Source of the DNA: an uncultured virus (IMG/VR IMGVR_UViG_3300033273_000398)
Lineage: Duplodnaviria; Heunggongvirae; Uroviricota; Caudoviricetes
IMG/VR virus record: IMGVR_UViG_3300033273_000398
DNA: 64,000 bases
Strand: one strand, 5' to 3'
Made by a program: the position numbers and the translations under genes. Under the pieces are notes generated by a model that made no database searches, was not told the DNA's origin, and was given only the letters and a program-made list of their open reading frames with translations. This document shows, piece by piece, positions 47,801 to 57,789 of the stretch (its first letter is position 1; each line of letters starts with the position of its first letter).

Positions 47801-50800
47801 AGACGGTGAAACTGGTGCACAAGGTCCACAAGGTGATACAGGTCCACAAGGAGCCGATGGTGCCAAGGGTGACGCTGGACCAGTAGGACCAGTTGCTATA
47901 CTGCGAGGATCATCTTCAGGAACTGGAGCTACAACTCCAACTTCTGGAACATTTAATGAAGGCGACGTTTACTTTGTTGACGGTATTGCGTATCAATATG
48001 ATCTAGCTAACACAACATGGGTTAATACTACCGCATTCTTATTAGGCCCACAGGGTCCTGTAGGTCAAGGAGGTGACCAAGGTCCTAAGGGTGATATTGG
48101 TCCTAAGGGTGAATTAGGAGCATGTGTAAGTTTAAATTATGAAAACACTAATGTCGCAACAAGCGGACTTGGAGCTGACGAGTTTTGTTTAATAGCACCA
48201 ACAGGAGGAACTTATACTCCTATAACTTCTCTTGCTGTAAACGACGAGGTTAGACTTTTAATTCCAGGAAACTCTTCTCTTGGCTTCTTAATACCTACTC
48301 AAATAGATAGAGGAGTTAGTATTAATATAGGAGGTACTGTATTTGCAGACGATCAAGCAAATACTGGAGTCAATGCGCTAGACTTTAGATTTGTTATAGG
48401 TGGTAGTGGATTTGGCGTGGTTGTTATTGACAGTGCATATTATTTTACATATCATGTAAAATTAATCGGTGATGCTGGTTCAAGTTATACACTTCCAATA
48501 GATGGAACTGGTTATACAATATGCGTAAATGCAGTAGGTTATGAAGGAGCACAAGGTCCTCAGGGTGATGATGGTCCTAAAGGAGACGTAGGTACTTCAA
48601 TTAATATAAAAGGCACAGCAGTAGGAACAGGCAACCTTCAATACCTTGCACCACATGATATTAATGATGCATATGTTATTCTAGGAGATTTATGGGTTTA
48701 TGATGGCCTTACGGGAGACGGCCGAGTTAGTGGCTTCTTAAATGTAGGTCAGTTCACAGGTGATAAAGGTGAAACAGGACCTAAAGGTATCCCTGGTCCT
48801 GTTCCTAATTTTGTTGGATCTTCTGCAACTGGAGCTACAACTCCAACTTCTGGAACGTTTGATAACGGAGATGTATATGTTGTTGGAAAGAGAATGTACC
48901 AGTATGATGTAGATACTACGTCATGGGTAGATACTTCTATTGATATTTCAGGTCCTAAGGGAAGTCAAGGTCAGGACGGTTCTACTGGTTCAACTGGTGA
49001 TACAGGTCCTCAAGGACCAACAGGTGCTAAGGGTGAAATAGGACCTCAGGGCGCCGATGGTACATCTGTAAGCATTAAGGGTAGCTATACTGGCCCTGTG
49101 GCTACTCAGCCTTCGGTTACTGGTGCAACTGCAGGTGATGGTTATCTTAACGATGCGGATGGTCACTTATGGGTTTACGATGGTTCTAGCTGGACTGATG
49201 CTGGTGAAATTAGAGGTCCTAAGGGTGATCCTGGATCTGTGGGTCCTCAAGGTAATGACGGTGATAAGGGTGATACTGGTGTTTCTGGAAAATCAGGTGT
49301 ATTTAGATACCAATATGATGGATTAGGAACTAGTACTTCAACAGTCGCAACAAGTGAATTTAGAGTAGTTAATGCAGGTTCTAATGGATTTGCGCTTGGC
49401 GCATGTGATATTATTATGTCTACGACAGATTGGGAATCAACCTCAACAGGTACATTTATTTCAGAACTGTCAGTAGGTACAAAGCTTAAGTTTACAAAAG
49501 TTAACGGGCCTTCTGTGTTCTATGTGGCAGAAATTACTAGGATAACTATTCCAGCACAGGGTGTTATTAAGATAGAAGTAGATGGACTTTATATAGGAGG
49601 TCAATCTGGAGCTGCTGATAAGGATCTATTTGATATGTCTGTAATTGATAAGGGAGACAAGGGAAATGTTGGTTCAAGAGGTCCTCAAGGCTTTAAAGGT
49701 GATAAGGGTGCTGGTGAAAAGGGTGAAAAGGGTTCAAAAGGTACTCAAGGTGAAAAGGGTGAACCTGCACCAACTGGCGCTACAGAAAGGTCAAATGATG
49801 GATCTACTGCTATTGAATATAGAAGAGGTACGTTTATAAGCGGAAATATCTTTACACAAAGTGTTGATGGTGAGTTTGATGCATTTACAACCTTTACTGC
49901 TGATCAGCAGCCAACTGGTCTAATAAGATCAGATCAACCTGCTGCAATAAAGATGCTTGTTTTTGATGACGTTGCAAGTTTCTCTAACGCTCTTGGAACC
50001 GCAGCTATGAGCAAGTATTGGACAAGTAGAAACGTTCCGTTTATTATCTCTCTAATGAGAGACGGTCTTTACGTTGAGTTCTTAGTTAAGAGAGTCCATG
50101 AAAATACAGCAGTTGGCGGTGCAAAGGATTACAGATTAGAAACTGTTCACTTGTATAGCACAGGTCCTATATTAGGAACCGATCCTATTACAATTGGATT
50201 TGGATCTGTAAACACAACTGATACGGTTGCTTCTGTATATGACGCATCTACTTCGAATGTATCTTGTAACGGGAGTGCTAAATTGGCTACAGTGACCTTG
50301 CCGACAATTAAATTCGGTGATGTTCCATTGGATGATTTTGTAACGGCATGGCAGGTTACATATGACTTTATAGTTGATCCTGGGTCTGATGTTCCTGCAA
50401 ATAGCACATTAGTTTATGATTCATGGCTTTCTAAAGTATCTTATCCAACATACATAAAGTCGTCCTTGAATACAAGTACAACGCATACGCCAGCGAATGC
50501 ACACGGTGGATACATAAAAGATTCAGTATCTCTATCGTTTATGATAAATGATTCCGATCTTGCACCTGGTGATGTTCTTGAGCTATACGTTGGATTTAAA
50601 CTAATGAACAGCTATGGTCAGATTATAAACTTAACAAGTCCTGGCGGCCCTGCTGGAAGTATAAATGGAGTACAAAATGTTCATATGACAATAACTCCTA
50701 TTTCATACCACGAATGGGTTAATGACGAGACCACTGGATTTAATATGGTGTCAGGGGTTGGTGAAACAGGAGTTCAATTAACATCTGATTCAGCACCTCC

Positions 50801-50807
50801 TTTTTAA
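44850..50807 (+). CDS. Collagen-like long tail-fibre protein
   Basis: Many Gly-X-Y runs alternate with GDGYL...[11 protein letters not shown]-type knuckle modules; 1985 aa. Confidence 0.8.
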   Translation: MPTLPTDGIYNLPSYIGINSTDSPHGVFPSILQEGGYQEHATITDRNDIPVLIGQSGAILSSDGLASGRRRLGMTVYVISEDKFYRLIPKGYFGNGGDLGLTAWNSLSDNDKAILLDPEASFSVPDPNGGLGATIDFTGSGIADDCWVEGFGQKGEKGERGSDGLKGEKGATGPQGPSGGSGQKGQKGEPGASGSDGQDGGCVRIEFDRDLPVDVNTFAIVDQDNLNVLLGGFTDGTNSEYNLVWRVGSPIGQIIPGSFGAEYEGYQLTITGNAYEDDYGNGQVVNSFAIKPLAALSILTIYGNSYVALRCRVIITQGTGAVYLRDKDEYRICSIALGEKGDKGDEGAQGPSGEKGDGGSQGQKGESGNNQGCRTSLYNNGLSGQGHGLEGSNVFSLLIDNQDGTYAVAPKVEDATTLAMSQSSLAYPLLAQPVNNSLSASRIIITISGLFSDGAGNEAQNTLVFKVTDYVATNYTSGWYQMNGLALQIPQGSDAAATYGAYRYPVNGEQHTICLGYDSVVGEKGEPSVEPGPQGPTGATGNDGTSVNIKGSYTGPVATQPSVTGATAGDGYLNDADGHLWVWDGSSWSDVGEIRGPKGQVGPQGADGTTGPQGDTGAKGDVGPQGPSGGTGAKGDIGPVRIPRLVGSDSGTGATTPTAGTFDDGDVYFINGDAYQYDLATTSWVDTNTFLLGPQGDQGIQGLDGVTGAQGPQGDTGPQGADGAKGDAGPVGPVAILRGSSSGTGATTPTSGTFNEGDLYFVDGVAYQYDSVNTTWVNTNTTLLGPQGPVGLQGLDGETGATGAQGATGADSTVAGPQGPTGATGNDGTSVNIKGSYTGPVATQPSVTGATAGDGYLNDADGHLWVYNGSGWTDAGEIRGPKGQTGETGGTGPQGSTGAQGATGAQGADGGTGAKGDIGPVRIPRLVGSTAGTGATTPTAGTFDDGDVYFVDGDAYQYDLATTSWVDTNTFLLGPQGSVGLQGLDGETGAQGPQGDTGPQGADGAKGDAGPVGPVAILRGSSSGTGATTPTSGTFNEGDVYFVDGIAYQYDLANTTWVNTTAFLLGPQGPVGQGGDQGPKGDIGPKGELGACVSLNYENTNVATSGLGADEFCLIAPTGGTYTPITSLAVNDEVRLLIPGNSSLGFLIPTQIDRGVSINIGGTVFADDQANTGVNALDFRFVIGGSGFGVVVIDSAYYFTYHVKLIGDAGSSYTLPIDGTGYTICVNAVGYEGAQGPQGDDGPKGDVGTSINIKGTAVGTGNLQYLAPHDINDAYVILGDLWVYDGLTGDGRVSGFLNVGQFTGDKGETGPKGIPGPVPNFVGSSATGATTPTSGTFDNGDVYVVGKRMYQYDVDTTSWVDTSIDISGPKGSQGQDGSTGSTGDTGPQGPTGAKGEIGPQGADGTSVSIKGSYTGPVATQPSVTGATAGDGYLNDADGHLWVYDGSSWTDAGEIRGPKGDPGSVGPQGNDGDKGDTGVSGKSGVFRYQYDGLGTSTSTVATSEFRVVNAGSNGFALGACDIIMSTTDWESTSTGTFISELSVGTKLKFTKVNGPSVFYVAEITRITIPAQGVIKIEVDGLYIGGQSGAADKDLFDMSVIDKGDKGNVGSRGPQGFKGDKGAGEKGEKGSKGTQGEKGEPAPTGATERSNDGSTAIEYRRGTFISGNIFTQSVDGEFDAFTTFTADQQPTGLIRSDQPAAIKMLVFDDVASFSNALGTAAMSKYWTSRNVPFIISLMRDGLYVEFLVKRVHENTAVGGAKDYRLETVHLYSTGPILGTDPITIGFGSVNTTDTVASVYDASTSNVSCNGSAKLATVTLPTIKFGDVPLDDFVTAWQVTYDFIVDPGSDVPANSTLVYDSWLSKVSYPTYIKSSLNTSTTHTPANAHGGYIKDSVSLSFMINDSDLAPGDVLELYVGFKLMNSYGQIINLTSPGGPAGSINGVQNVHMTITPISYHEWVNDETTGFNMVSGVGETGVQLTSDSAPPF
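46452..49222 (+). repeat. Near-identical internal repeats in the collagen fibre gene
   Basis: 131 nt identical at 46452-46582 and 47304-47434, a third copy at about 49074-49178, and an approximately 850-bp unit duplicated in tandem. Confidence 0.9.
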
Positions 50808-50825
50808 AATTGAATAGTCTAACAG

Positions 50826-50869
50826 AAAAATAAGGCTCCTTGAAACAGGGGCCTTATTTTTTGTATAAT
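50826..50869 (+). terminator. Terminator hairpin overlapping ECF-type promoter TGAAAC-N17-TATAAT
   Basis: AAAAATAAGGCTCCT-TGAAAC-AGGGGCCTTATTTTT, with TATAAT at 50864. Confidence 0.7.
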
Positions 50870-50875
50870 ACCCAG

Positions 50876-51046
50876 ATGACAACAAAAAAGAAGATAATCC
50901 TATTCATTGCGCTAATTGCGGTTGGATATTTATTCATTGATGATGAAGCGTCTGTAAGAAATAGACTTGAACCTCATTATAGTGGCTATGATTACTATAT
51001 GGATTACATTACATATATGCAGTTAAGCAGGCCTATACCTTCTTAA
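50876..51046 (+). CDS. Small membrane-anchored hypothetical protein
   Basis: MTTKKKIILFIALIAVGYLFI; start moved downstream of the promoter. Confidence 0.5.
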   Translation: MTTKKKIILFIALIAVGYLFIDDEASVRNRLEPHYSGYDYYMDYITYMQLSRPIPS

Positions 51047-51052
51047 AAGCAT

Positions 51053-51138
51053 GGCCGGATGATGGAATTGGTAGACATGACAGACTTAAACTCTGTTGGG
51101 CCGAATGGCCCGTGCGGGTTCGACTCCCGCTCCGGCTA
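51053..51138 (+). tRNA. tRNA-Leu(TAA)
   Basis: Anticodon arm ACAGA-CTTAAAC-TCTGT; long variable arm. Confidence 0.93.
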
Positions 51139-51156
51139 CAAACAAATTAAAACACT

Positions 51157-51498
51157 ATGAAAACACTTTTTAGAATTTTAGTAGTTACAGTAATTGCAGG
51201 ATGTACTTACTATATGTTTAAGCCAGAGCCTCAGTGCCAAAAGACATGTCAAAAGACATGTACTAAAAAAGTAGAATGTGATAAGGTTCTTACACCATCG
51301 TTTATCGAGTCTATGGGTGACTCATTGAGCATGGAAGATCTTGTCTGCGTTGCGTGTCCATGTGATACTTTTTGCGTGACAACAGTTGATATGTCAAACG
51401 ATGTTACAAGCTGTTGCGAAGGTCTATGTCTTGCAAAAGGATGCAAGAATGTCAATGAACTCCTTGATAAACTATCAGAAGTAGAGGTAAATCAGTAA
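51157..51498 (+). CDS. Cys-rich exported/membrane-anchored small protein
   Basis: Hydrophobic leader ending IAGC (lipobox-like); 13 Cys in 113 aa. Confidence 0.6.
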   Translation: MKTLFRILVVTVIAGCTYYMFKPEPQCQKTCQKTCTKKVECDKVLTPSFIESMGDSLSMEDLVCVACPCDTFCVTTVDMSNDVTSCCEGLCLAKGCKNVNELLDKLSEVEVNQ

Positions 51499-51517
51499 AA
51501 ATACTGATAAATACCCT

Positions 51518-51679
51518 ATGGATGAATACGAAAGAGGACAAGAGGATCTAATAAGTTATATTAAGGCACATGTGTCTTATATAGCAAAAAATTCAAAGGG
51601 AGACGATCTTATCCTAGATCTGGTTAATCTTCTTATGAAGCTGTCTCCGCTAAAGAAACCTGAAGATGGAAAGCTATGA
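51518..51679 (+). CDS. Small hypothetical protein (53 aa)
   Basis: MDEYERGQEDLISYIK...; GATAAATA at 51506. Confidence 0.55.
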   Translation: MDEYERGQEDLISYIKAHVSYIAKNSKGDDLILDLVNLLMKLSPLKKPEDGKL

Positions 51680-51980
51680 GGGACAAAATTCAAGGATAGG
51701 AAAAGTCGGGCCAATTGGAGATGATTATAAATCACAGAACAAGTTAAACAAGATGAAGTGGTTATCCGTAGAAGATACTTCGTTAGATATAGATTCATTT
51801 AACGAAAGATATGTTGATCCTTTAATCAAAAAAGATGGTAGTGTATGGGGCGCCGTAAAAGTCCACAACTTTGAAAGAGTTGTTACTGAACTATTTAGTA
51901 AGGGATATGATAACGTAACTGTAACCGACATAGTTAGAGATCCTGATGTTGTTCCCACATACATCATCGAAGCGCTTTAA
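51666..51980 (+). CDS. Hypothetical protein
   Basis: 104-aa ORF overlapping the upstream gene. Confidence 0.55.
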   Translation: MESYEGQNSRIGKVGPIGDDYKSQNKLNKMKWLSVEDTSLDIDSFNERYVDPLIKKDGSVWGAVKVHNFERVVTELFSKGYDNVTVTDIVRDPDVVPTYIIEAL

Positions 51981-52061
51981 CATATTTTAACAAAATTAAC
52001 AGCCCAGGCATTTTTTAGTCTGGGCTTTTTTGTGTATATTGCATATGTAAGGTTAATCAGT
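51977..52061 (+). promoter_or_regulatory. Putative early promoter (three TTAACA plus TATATTGC) overlapping a terminator-like hairpin
   Basis: TTAACA at 51977, 51987 and 51996; AGCCCAG...CTGGGCT-TTTT hairpin; 28-nt block shared with 53018. Confidence 0.65.
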
Positions 52062-52074
52062 TAATCAACTACGA

Positions 52075-52323
52075 ATGCAAAAGTTTAAGAAAGTTTACAC
52101 ACTAAAGCAGATCGCTGAGGACCCTCGGGTCGAAGGCATCTCTGACGAGCGAGGACTGGGGGATGGCCTCTGGGTTTACCTCAAGAATCCTTATGTTAAT
52201 ACATTCCTCGAGACTACTTTTCTCCATGAGGATAAAGTGGCCGATCTTATTGACCAGCTTAATACCTCGGTCGTTACTGCAGATCAGCTTCCTTCTTTTG
52301 TACCTAACCCCTGGGAAAACTAA
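52075..52323 (+). CDS. Early hypothetical protein
   Basis: ORF after the early promoter with CGN/CTY-biased codons. Confidence 0.7.
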   Translation: MQKFKKVYTLKQIAEDPRVEGISDERGLGDGLWVYLKNPYVNTFLETTFLHEDKVADLIDQLNTSVVTADQLPSFVPNPWEN

Positions 52324-52329
52324 TTTGTC

Positions 52330-52635
52330 ATGAGCAAAATTTACACATACGTTTACCGAAGCCCTCTTGGCGATTCTACTGCCAATGGTCTGACTTCTAA
52401 AGTCACTGGAGTTGAGCTTTACCATGGTAAAGATCTTGACTTGTCTAATGTTCCTGATGACTCACTTGTTTTTGTTGAGCGTGAGCTTTGGGGCGAACCT
52501 TCTAACTATGCCGTTCCTGCCAGTATCTTGAAAGGCAACAAGCATTCAATGTTTGGAGGTAACTTTATTTACTCTTCGGACTCGCGTTTCCCTGAGAAGC
52601 GTCCAATTCCTGTCCATGACCGCGTTGAACTTTAA
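52330..52635 (+). CDS. Early hypothetical protein
   Basis: MFGGNFIYSSDSRF...PIPVHDRVE motif. Confidence 0.7.
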   Translation: MSKIYTYVYRSPLGDSTANGLTSKVTGVELYHGKDLDLSNVPDDSLVFVERELWGEPSNYAVPASILKGNKHSMFGGNFIYSSDSRFPEKRPIPVHDRVEL

Positions 52636-52645
52636 TAGAGGCGAT

Positions 52646-52975
52646 ATGAGCAACTCACTTCCTAAAAATGTAGATATGGTTGGCAAGTTTGTCAACCGCT
52701 ACCTGTGGTCAGATGTACAGGTCGTCGGTAAGATTGTCGATACGTTCGGAAAGACAGGTATTATTATTGAGCCATATACTGCTACTCTTGACAAGAACTG
52801 GAAGCCTGATGTAATTCCTGGTGGATTTGCAGGACACTGTGTAAACAACTACAGCCAGACTTATGACTATGCACCAAGCGGTGATGAAAACATCCGTATG
52901 CGGATTTCTTACAAGTTCTTTAAGATGCACCGGATCGAGCAAGAGCCTAACCACTTTTACGACTACAATTTTTAA
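52646..52975 (+). CDS. Early hypothetical protein
   Basis: Start moved to ATG 52646; PGGFAGHC..N..Q and FYDYNF end. Confidence 0.7.
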   Translation: MSNSLPKNVDMVGKFVNRYLWSDVQVVGKIVDTFGKTGIIIEPYTATLDKNWKPDVIPGGFAGHCVNNYSQTYDYAPSGDENIRMRISYKFFKMHRIEQEPNHFYDYNF

Positions 52976-53045
52976 CACTTTTTAACATTTAAGATTGTCA
53001 GGTTTAAAAAACTTGTCGTATATTGCATATGTAAGGTTAATCAGT
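52972..53045 (+). promoter_or_regulatory. Putative early promoter
   Basis: TTAACA at 52972 and 52982; GTATATTGCATATGTAAGGTTAATCAGT identical to 52034. Confidence 0.65.
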
Positions 53046-53059
53046 CAAACAAATTATTC

Positions 53060-53362
53060 ATGTCTATGACCCTCGATTTTAATTATGATGCTGGCCACGG
53101 TTGGCTCACTAGCAACACTTCACAGCTTATGGAGCTAGGTATTTTTGACAAAGTATCTCGCTACTCTTATATCAATACTGCTTACGCTAACGACGACGGT
53201 AGTTACAACGTCTATCTTGAAGAAGACTGTGATGCCCCTCTTCTCTTGAATGCCCTTAAAGAACGTGGCATTGATTATGTCATTGAGCATCACGATCGAG
53301 GTGAAAACTGCTTTATTCGTCGAAAGCCTCACTTCCCAAGTCAAAATCATAACGGATATTAA
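53060..53362 (+). CDS. Early hypothetical protein
   Basis: DAGHGWL...YSY...VYLEEDCDA motif. Confidence 0.7.
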   Translation: MSMTLDFNYDAGHGWLTSNTSQLMELGIFDKVSRYSYINTAYANDDGSYNVYLEEDCDAPLLLNALKERGIDYVIEHHDRGENCFIRRKPHFPSQNHNGY

Positions 53363-53371
53363 TTCAATACA

Positions 53372-53698
53372 ATGAGCAATTTTAATCAACTCTGCGTCTG
53401 GCCAGGAACTCTAATGCCAGAAGGTTCTAAAGAAGAAGCTATCAAGGAATTTGAACAATTCTTTACTGATAACCTCGGCGTCACAGTCAAGTTTGCTGAT
53501 GAGTGTAAGACTCTTCCAGGGATGGGCGGTGAAGGTGGCCGAAATGACGTTTTCTTTTACATTGCTGATGAAGATGCCATGAAGTTTGCAATCCCACGCC
53601 TTCAGCTTGGAATCCGTTGGTGGGAAGATGTCCTCGGTAATGGACATGGTGAGATCTACCCTCAAGAAATTTTGAACAAATACCCTAAAACCTGGTAA
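53372..53698 (+). CDS. Early hypothetical protein
   Basis: GGRND.FF...RL..GIRWWED motif. Confidence 0.7.
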   Translation: MSNFNQLCVWPGTLMPEGSKEEAIKEFEQFFTDNLGVTVKFADECKTLPGMGGEGGRNDVFFYIADEDAMKFAIPRLQLGIRWWEDVLGNGHGEIYPQEILNKYPKTW

Positions 53699-53699
53699 T

Positions 53700-54038
53700 A
53701 TGAATAAGTTGGAATCCCTCCGTTGCGTTGAAGTTACGTCACAACGCCAAGCCGACAACGGCACAGTCTGTTATTATGATCCGATGACTAAAGCAAGCTA
53801 CATGTCATATGAAAGTGGCTATATCCGTCGATCTTACAAGACAAAGTCATGGAGAAACGGTAAATATTTTGAAACTATCTATCAGCTGAACCCTAAGCGT
53901 CAAACTGAACAGGTTTCAGCATATACCGGCCGCACTTTTGAATGCGTTGAACGTGTTATGATTACAGATCCAGAAGAGCGCATTGATCGACTCGCAAACG
54001 CAGTAGTTAACTATCGTAACACTCTCAAAAACCGATAA
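53700..54038 (+). CDS. Early hypothetical protein
   Basis: 112 aa; YESGYIRR...YQLN. Confidence 0.65.
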   Translation: MNKLESLRCVEVTSQRQADNGTVCYYDPMTKASYMSYESGYIRRSYKTKSWRNGKYFETIYQLNPKRQTEQVSAYTGRTFECVERVMITDPEERIDRLANAVVNYRNTLKNR

Positions 54039-54040
54039 GA

Positions 54041-54235
54041 ATGAGTCTCGATAACAACCCCACTGGAAAAGAAAAGGAACTTCATACCGAACTGAATAAG
54101 CGTGCAATGTATATTGTAGAGCTTCAAGAGTTTTTGACTAAACGAAATCCAAATTTTAATGCAAATGGACTTTACCATATGCGAACAGAAGAGCTATCTT
54201 TGCTACATGAATCAATTGTAAACTGGGATGCCTAA
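54041..54235 (+). CDS. Hypothetical protein
   Basis: 64-aa ORF packed tightly between neighbours. Confidence 0.55.
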   Translation: MSLDNNPTGKEKELHTELNKRAMYIVELQEFLTKRNPNFNANGLYHMRTEELSLLHESIVNWDA

Positions 54236-54401
54236 GGCAAAAGTAATATGTAGTTTTTGTATTTCTGAGATCGATAAATCAGAATCATACACTGTATTAA
54301 TTAAAGCAATGGCCTTTGAAGAGTACTATCGAACTACGTCTTGTAAGAAATGCCTAAAGAATGAAAGAGTCATAGATGTGATTAAGAAACCTAAGAAGTA
54401 A
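54228..54401 (+). CDS. Small zinc-finger-like protein (57 aa)
   Basis: MPKAKVICSFC...SCKKCLK (two CxxC); below the ORF-track cutoff. Confidence 0.55.
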   Translation: MPKAKVICSFCISEIDKSESYTVLIKAMAFEEYYRTTSCKKCLKNERVIDVIKKPKK

Positions 54402-54437
54402 CAGTCTAAGGTTAATAACGTACGGAGATTAAGTTAA

Positions 54438-54477
54438 GCGTTGTTTTTGGGATAAATATAATACCCAAAAACAACGC
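54438..54477. repeat. Perfect 14-bp inverted repeat
   Basis: GCGTTGTTTTTGGG-ataaatataata-CCCAAAAACAACGC. Confidence 0.85.
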
Positions 54478-54483
54478 ACCCGT

Positions 54484-54732
54484 ATGAAGCCTGTAGAAAG
54501 AAACGTTGATCCTGGCAGAGCCCAGTTCGTTAAGCACCTTCGTGTAGAGAAAGGAATGAGCTATAGGGCAGTTCATAAGCACTTCCAGTTAAAGTACATA
54601 AAGGAAGAGGATTGGTACGTTAACAAAAAATGGCTTGATAAAGGAATCAAACCACCACATGGTAATATAATCATAGGTGTTAAACTCTGCTATGCGACAA
54701 TGAAGTTGCTTGGTGAGAACTGGAATGAATGA
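54484..54732 (+). CDS. Hypothetical protein (possible HTH)
   Basis: LRVEKGMSYRAV resembles the start of an HTH. Confidence 0.55.
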   Translation: MKPVERNVDPGRAQFVKHLRVEKGMSYRAVHKHFQLKYIKEEDWYVNKKWLDKGIKPPHGNIIIGVKLCYATMKLLGENWNE

Positions 54733-54920
54733 AGACATTTAAAGTAGATCAGGAAAAGTATAACGAGTACGGGGATAGAATTGGCATAATTATAAACATG
54801 TGTGACGATCTACTGTTACACCATCCTGTTGCCAGTGCAGAGAAAGAGGTTAGAGAAACCGTAGATTCTGCAGTTGAGCTATTAATTAAGGCAAAACAGT
54901 CTCTTATTAGCAGAAAATAA
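54729..54920 (+). CDS. Hypothetical protein
   Basis: 63 aa; overlaps the upstream stop. Confidence 0.55.
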   Translation: MKTFKVDQEKYNEYGDRIGIIINMCDDLLLHHPVASAEKEVRETVDSAVELLIKAKQSLISRK

Positions 54921-54960
54921 TAGATAAATATACTGGGTACTATAAACAACAATTTCCAGT

Positions 54961-55479
54961 ATGCAATTTATCAACATACAGTCCATGAAACTGATGGACT
55001 TTGTATTAAGAGGTGGACTAGTTCTGCTAGGACTCATTTATCCCTACATCATTTATCATTGGATAGGGCCACTTCCATCTATATCTGAGTACTTTATGAC
55101 AGCTGCTCAGCCTATATTTCTTTTGGTAAATGCGGGTACGTCATTCTATTTTATTACCACTAAGAACTGGAGAACCCCGGGTGTCCTTCTTTTAGGACTA
55201 TCATGTTTTTCACTAGAGTATTACGAGAGTCTCCATACGTGGATCGCTGCATCGTTCTTTATATCGTGTTTAGTCTCTATCCTTATAGGTAAGAGATACA
55301 GGCTTATATCAATACCTGTACTGTTATCAGCCTTAGGTTTATTCCATAGTATCTTTATTGCAGAGGTATTCGCTATTCTTATGATATGTACGTATCACTT
55401 TCTAATACTAAAGGATCTTTACTTAATCTATAGGGAAAGATCTGTAAAAACAATAAATGAAAATGAAACGTTATCTTAG
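54961..55479 (+). CDS. Multi-pass membrane protein
   Basis: About five hydrophobic segments; PSISEY motif. Confidence 0.65.
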   Translation: MQFINIQSMKLMDFVLRGGLVLLGLIYPYIIYHWIGPLPSISEYFMTAAQPIFLLVNAGTSFYFITTKNWRTPGVLLLGLSCFSLEYYESLHTWIAASFFISCLVSILIGKRYRLISIPVLLSALGLFHSIFIAEVFAILMICTYHFLILKDLYLIYRERSVKTINENETLS

Positions 55480-57706
55480 CTTTATAGCTTTATCTGTGAT
55501 ATTGATAGTATCAATGTCATCCTTTGTGCAACTTGATGTTGCAACATTCGCAGGCCAACGTACGGCTCAAGAAGCTGGTAGTGAAACAGGTCCATCTTGT
55601 GGAACTGATGAAATGATTATGAGGAATCCTTTTATGCAGGAAAGGTATTCTTCAAGAGTTGCTTGTGCTCCTGAAGTAGATTTGGACACAGCAGAAGTTA
55701 TAACAATTCCTGTAGTTATACATATTCTTCATGTTGGAGAAGCAATAGGTGAAGGAACAAATATATCTGACGAACAGGCTGAAAGTTGTATCAGAAACCT
55801 AAACGAAAGGTTTAGAGGTGATGTTGCCGCTTTAGCTGGGTATTTAGATGATAGTGGAAATCCAGCATACGATGAAGATGAACTAGCATTGGTAATCGAT
55901 TCAAAGATCGAATTTTGTTTAGCAGCAAGGGATCCAGATAATTTACCGACTACAGGTATCATCAGACATGATTGTAGCGATCTGAGTTATACTAATAACT
56001 TTGGAGGTCAAACTTCTACAGCTTACTATGCTGAGAAGGGCATATCAAATGGTAGCCAATGGGATATTCCGTTACAAGGTATTCCAGATGCTATTATTAA
56101 GAACACATTCCATTGGCCGATAGATAAGTACTTTAACTTCTATGTTGTTTCTGAAATCAACGGTAATGATGGAGGAGGTGGAATACAAGGTTATTCTTAT
56201 GTTGGATCTACTGGTAATGGCGCTAATGGATATTCGCAAGGCCCAGTTTGTCTATACAATATAACAGGAGATGTGGGTACTCTTAAGAATGGTAAAAGAT
56301 TAAACGCAACATGGGCGCACGAAGTTGGCCACGCATTAGATTTATATCATACATTTAATAATGGTAGTTGTAATCCTGAAACAAACTCATGTACTCAAGG
56401 AGACCAGGTTCCTGATACCCCTCCTACTTCTACAAACTATAGCTGCAGTTCTCCTGTTTGCGCGGGTGCTATGGTAGAAAACTATATGGACTATACTCAA
56501 GAGGTATGTAGAGTTGCATTTACTCAAAACCAAATAGAAAGGATGAGGGACGAGTTATGGAACAGATACGATTACTTAATCTACAATAATGTATCTTGTC
56601 AATCACCTAACGATAATGATTTGGCAATTACAGGCGTAAATTTACCATCTGCTTGGTGCCAACCTACTTTAGATTTTAATATAGTAATCAATAACTTAGG
56701 TGGCTTTAGTGCTTCAGGGGCCACTTTGACTATTAATGGAGAGTCAATAATGTCCCTTCCAACTATTCCTGCTTCTGAATCTTTCTCAGTTGAAATAACA
56801 GACTATGAAATAGGATTAGGTGATATTCAAATTAATGTAAACTGGGGCCAGGATGATTATCAAGAAAATAACAGCTATTATGCCTTTGTAGAACCAAACG
56901 CAGGTGTTTATAGCCAAGTAGTAATAAGTCCAGACGTTTGGTCCAATGAAATAGATTGGGAAGTAACCGATGAATTTGGAGAAGTTGTTATGGAAGGAGG
57001 TGATTATCCGGTCTTCTCACAGGATTTAACTTTCGAAGAAGTAGCATGTTTACAAGAAGGATGTTACACTTTTACAATCACAGATAATGGTGGTGATGGT
57101 ATGTGTCAGTGGGATTTTGATGATGATGGTATATGTGATGGTTCGTCAGACGCATTTATCAACATCGTAGTAAATGATAATCTAGTCTTTGAGCTTTCTA
57201 ATCCAGCCGAAATAGACTTTGGTTCTGAACTAACTACAACGTTCTGTGTGACTAATTGCCCTCAACCTGAATGTGCAGCTGATGTAGATGGAGATGGAGT
57301 TGTAAGTGTACAAGACTTACTTTACATGTTACCTTATATTGGAATGACATATAGCGAGTGTGAAGATATAGATCTAGATGGTGATTTAGAAATTACAGGA
57401 AACGATCTATTAGTTATCTTAGATGACTGGGGTCTAATGTGTGCTACTGGTGAAGTTATGGACATAGGTACTCCTCCTGATTGGGTATGGGATTATATAG
57501 ATGGTGATGGTAACGCACCAACCGATGGCGTTTCTGATATGCCAAATGAACAGCCAGTACCTGTTGGAAGACCAGTTTATTATAACTTAGCAGGTAAACC
57601 AATAAAGCTTGACAATAGAGCACCTAGTGGAATTTACATAAGAGTTCAGCAGATGTCATTTGGACCTGTAAAAATTGATAAAATATTTCATGCTGGTGGA
57701 TTTTGA
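55457..57706 (+). CDS. Secreted M43 metalloprotease with dockerin-like repeats and T9SS type A CTD-like end
   Basis: SCGTD prosegment, HEVGHALDLYH, NYMDY, ADVDGDGVVSVQDLL / DLDGDLEITGNDLL, C-terminal YYNLAGK...GIYI...KI. Confidence 0.85.
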   Translation: MKMKRYLSFIALSVILIVSMSSFVQLDVATFAGQRTAQEAGSETGPSCGTDEMIMRNPFMQERYSSRVACAPEVDLDTAEVITIPVVIHILHVGEAIGEGTNISDEQAESCIRNLNERFRGDVAALAGYLDDSGNPAYDEDELALVIDSKIEFCLAARDPDNLPTTGIIRHDCSDLSYTNNFGGQTSTAYYAEKGISNGSQWDIPLQGIPDAIIKNTFHWPIDKYFNFYVVSEINGNDGGGGIQGYSYVGSTGNGANGYSQGPVCLYNITGDVGTLKNGKRLNATWAHEVGHALDLYHTFNNGSCNPETNSCTQGDQVPDTPPTSTNYSCSSPVCAGAMVENYMDYTQEVCRVAFTQNQIERMRDELWNRYDYLIYNNVSCQSPNDNDLAITGVNLPSAWCQPTLDFNIVINNLGGFSASGATLTINGESIMSLPTIPASESFSVEITDYEIGLGDIQINVNWGQDDYQENNSYYAFVEPNAGVYSQVVISPDVWSNEIDWEVTDEFGEVVMEGGDYPVFSQDLTFEEVACLQEGCYTFTITDNGGDGMCQWDFDDDGICDGSSDAFINIVVNDNLVFELSNPAEIDFGSELTTTFCVTNCPQPECAADVDGDGVVSVQDLLYMLPYIGMTYSECEDIDLDGDLEITGNDLLVILDDWGLMCATGEVMDIGTPPDWVWDYIDGDGNAPTDGVSDMPNEQPVPVGRPVYYNLAGKPIKLDNRAPSGIYIRVQQMSFGPVKIDKIFHAGGF

Positions 57707-57789
57707 AACCTAAATAACATAGTTTTCTTCAAGAAAGTCTCATATATGGGGATAAATAAGTAAAGGCACTTAAAAATACAAACCCATTT

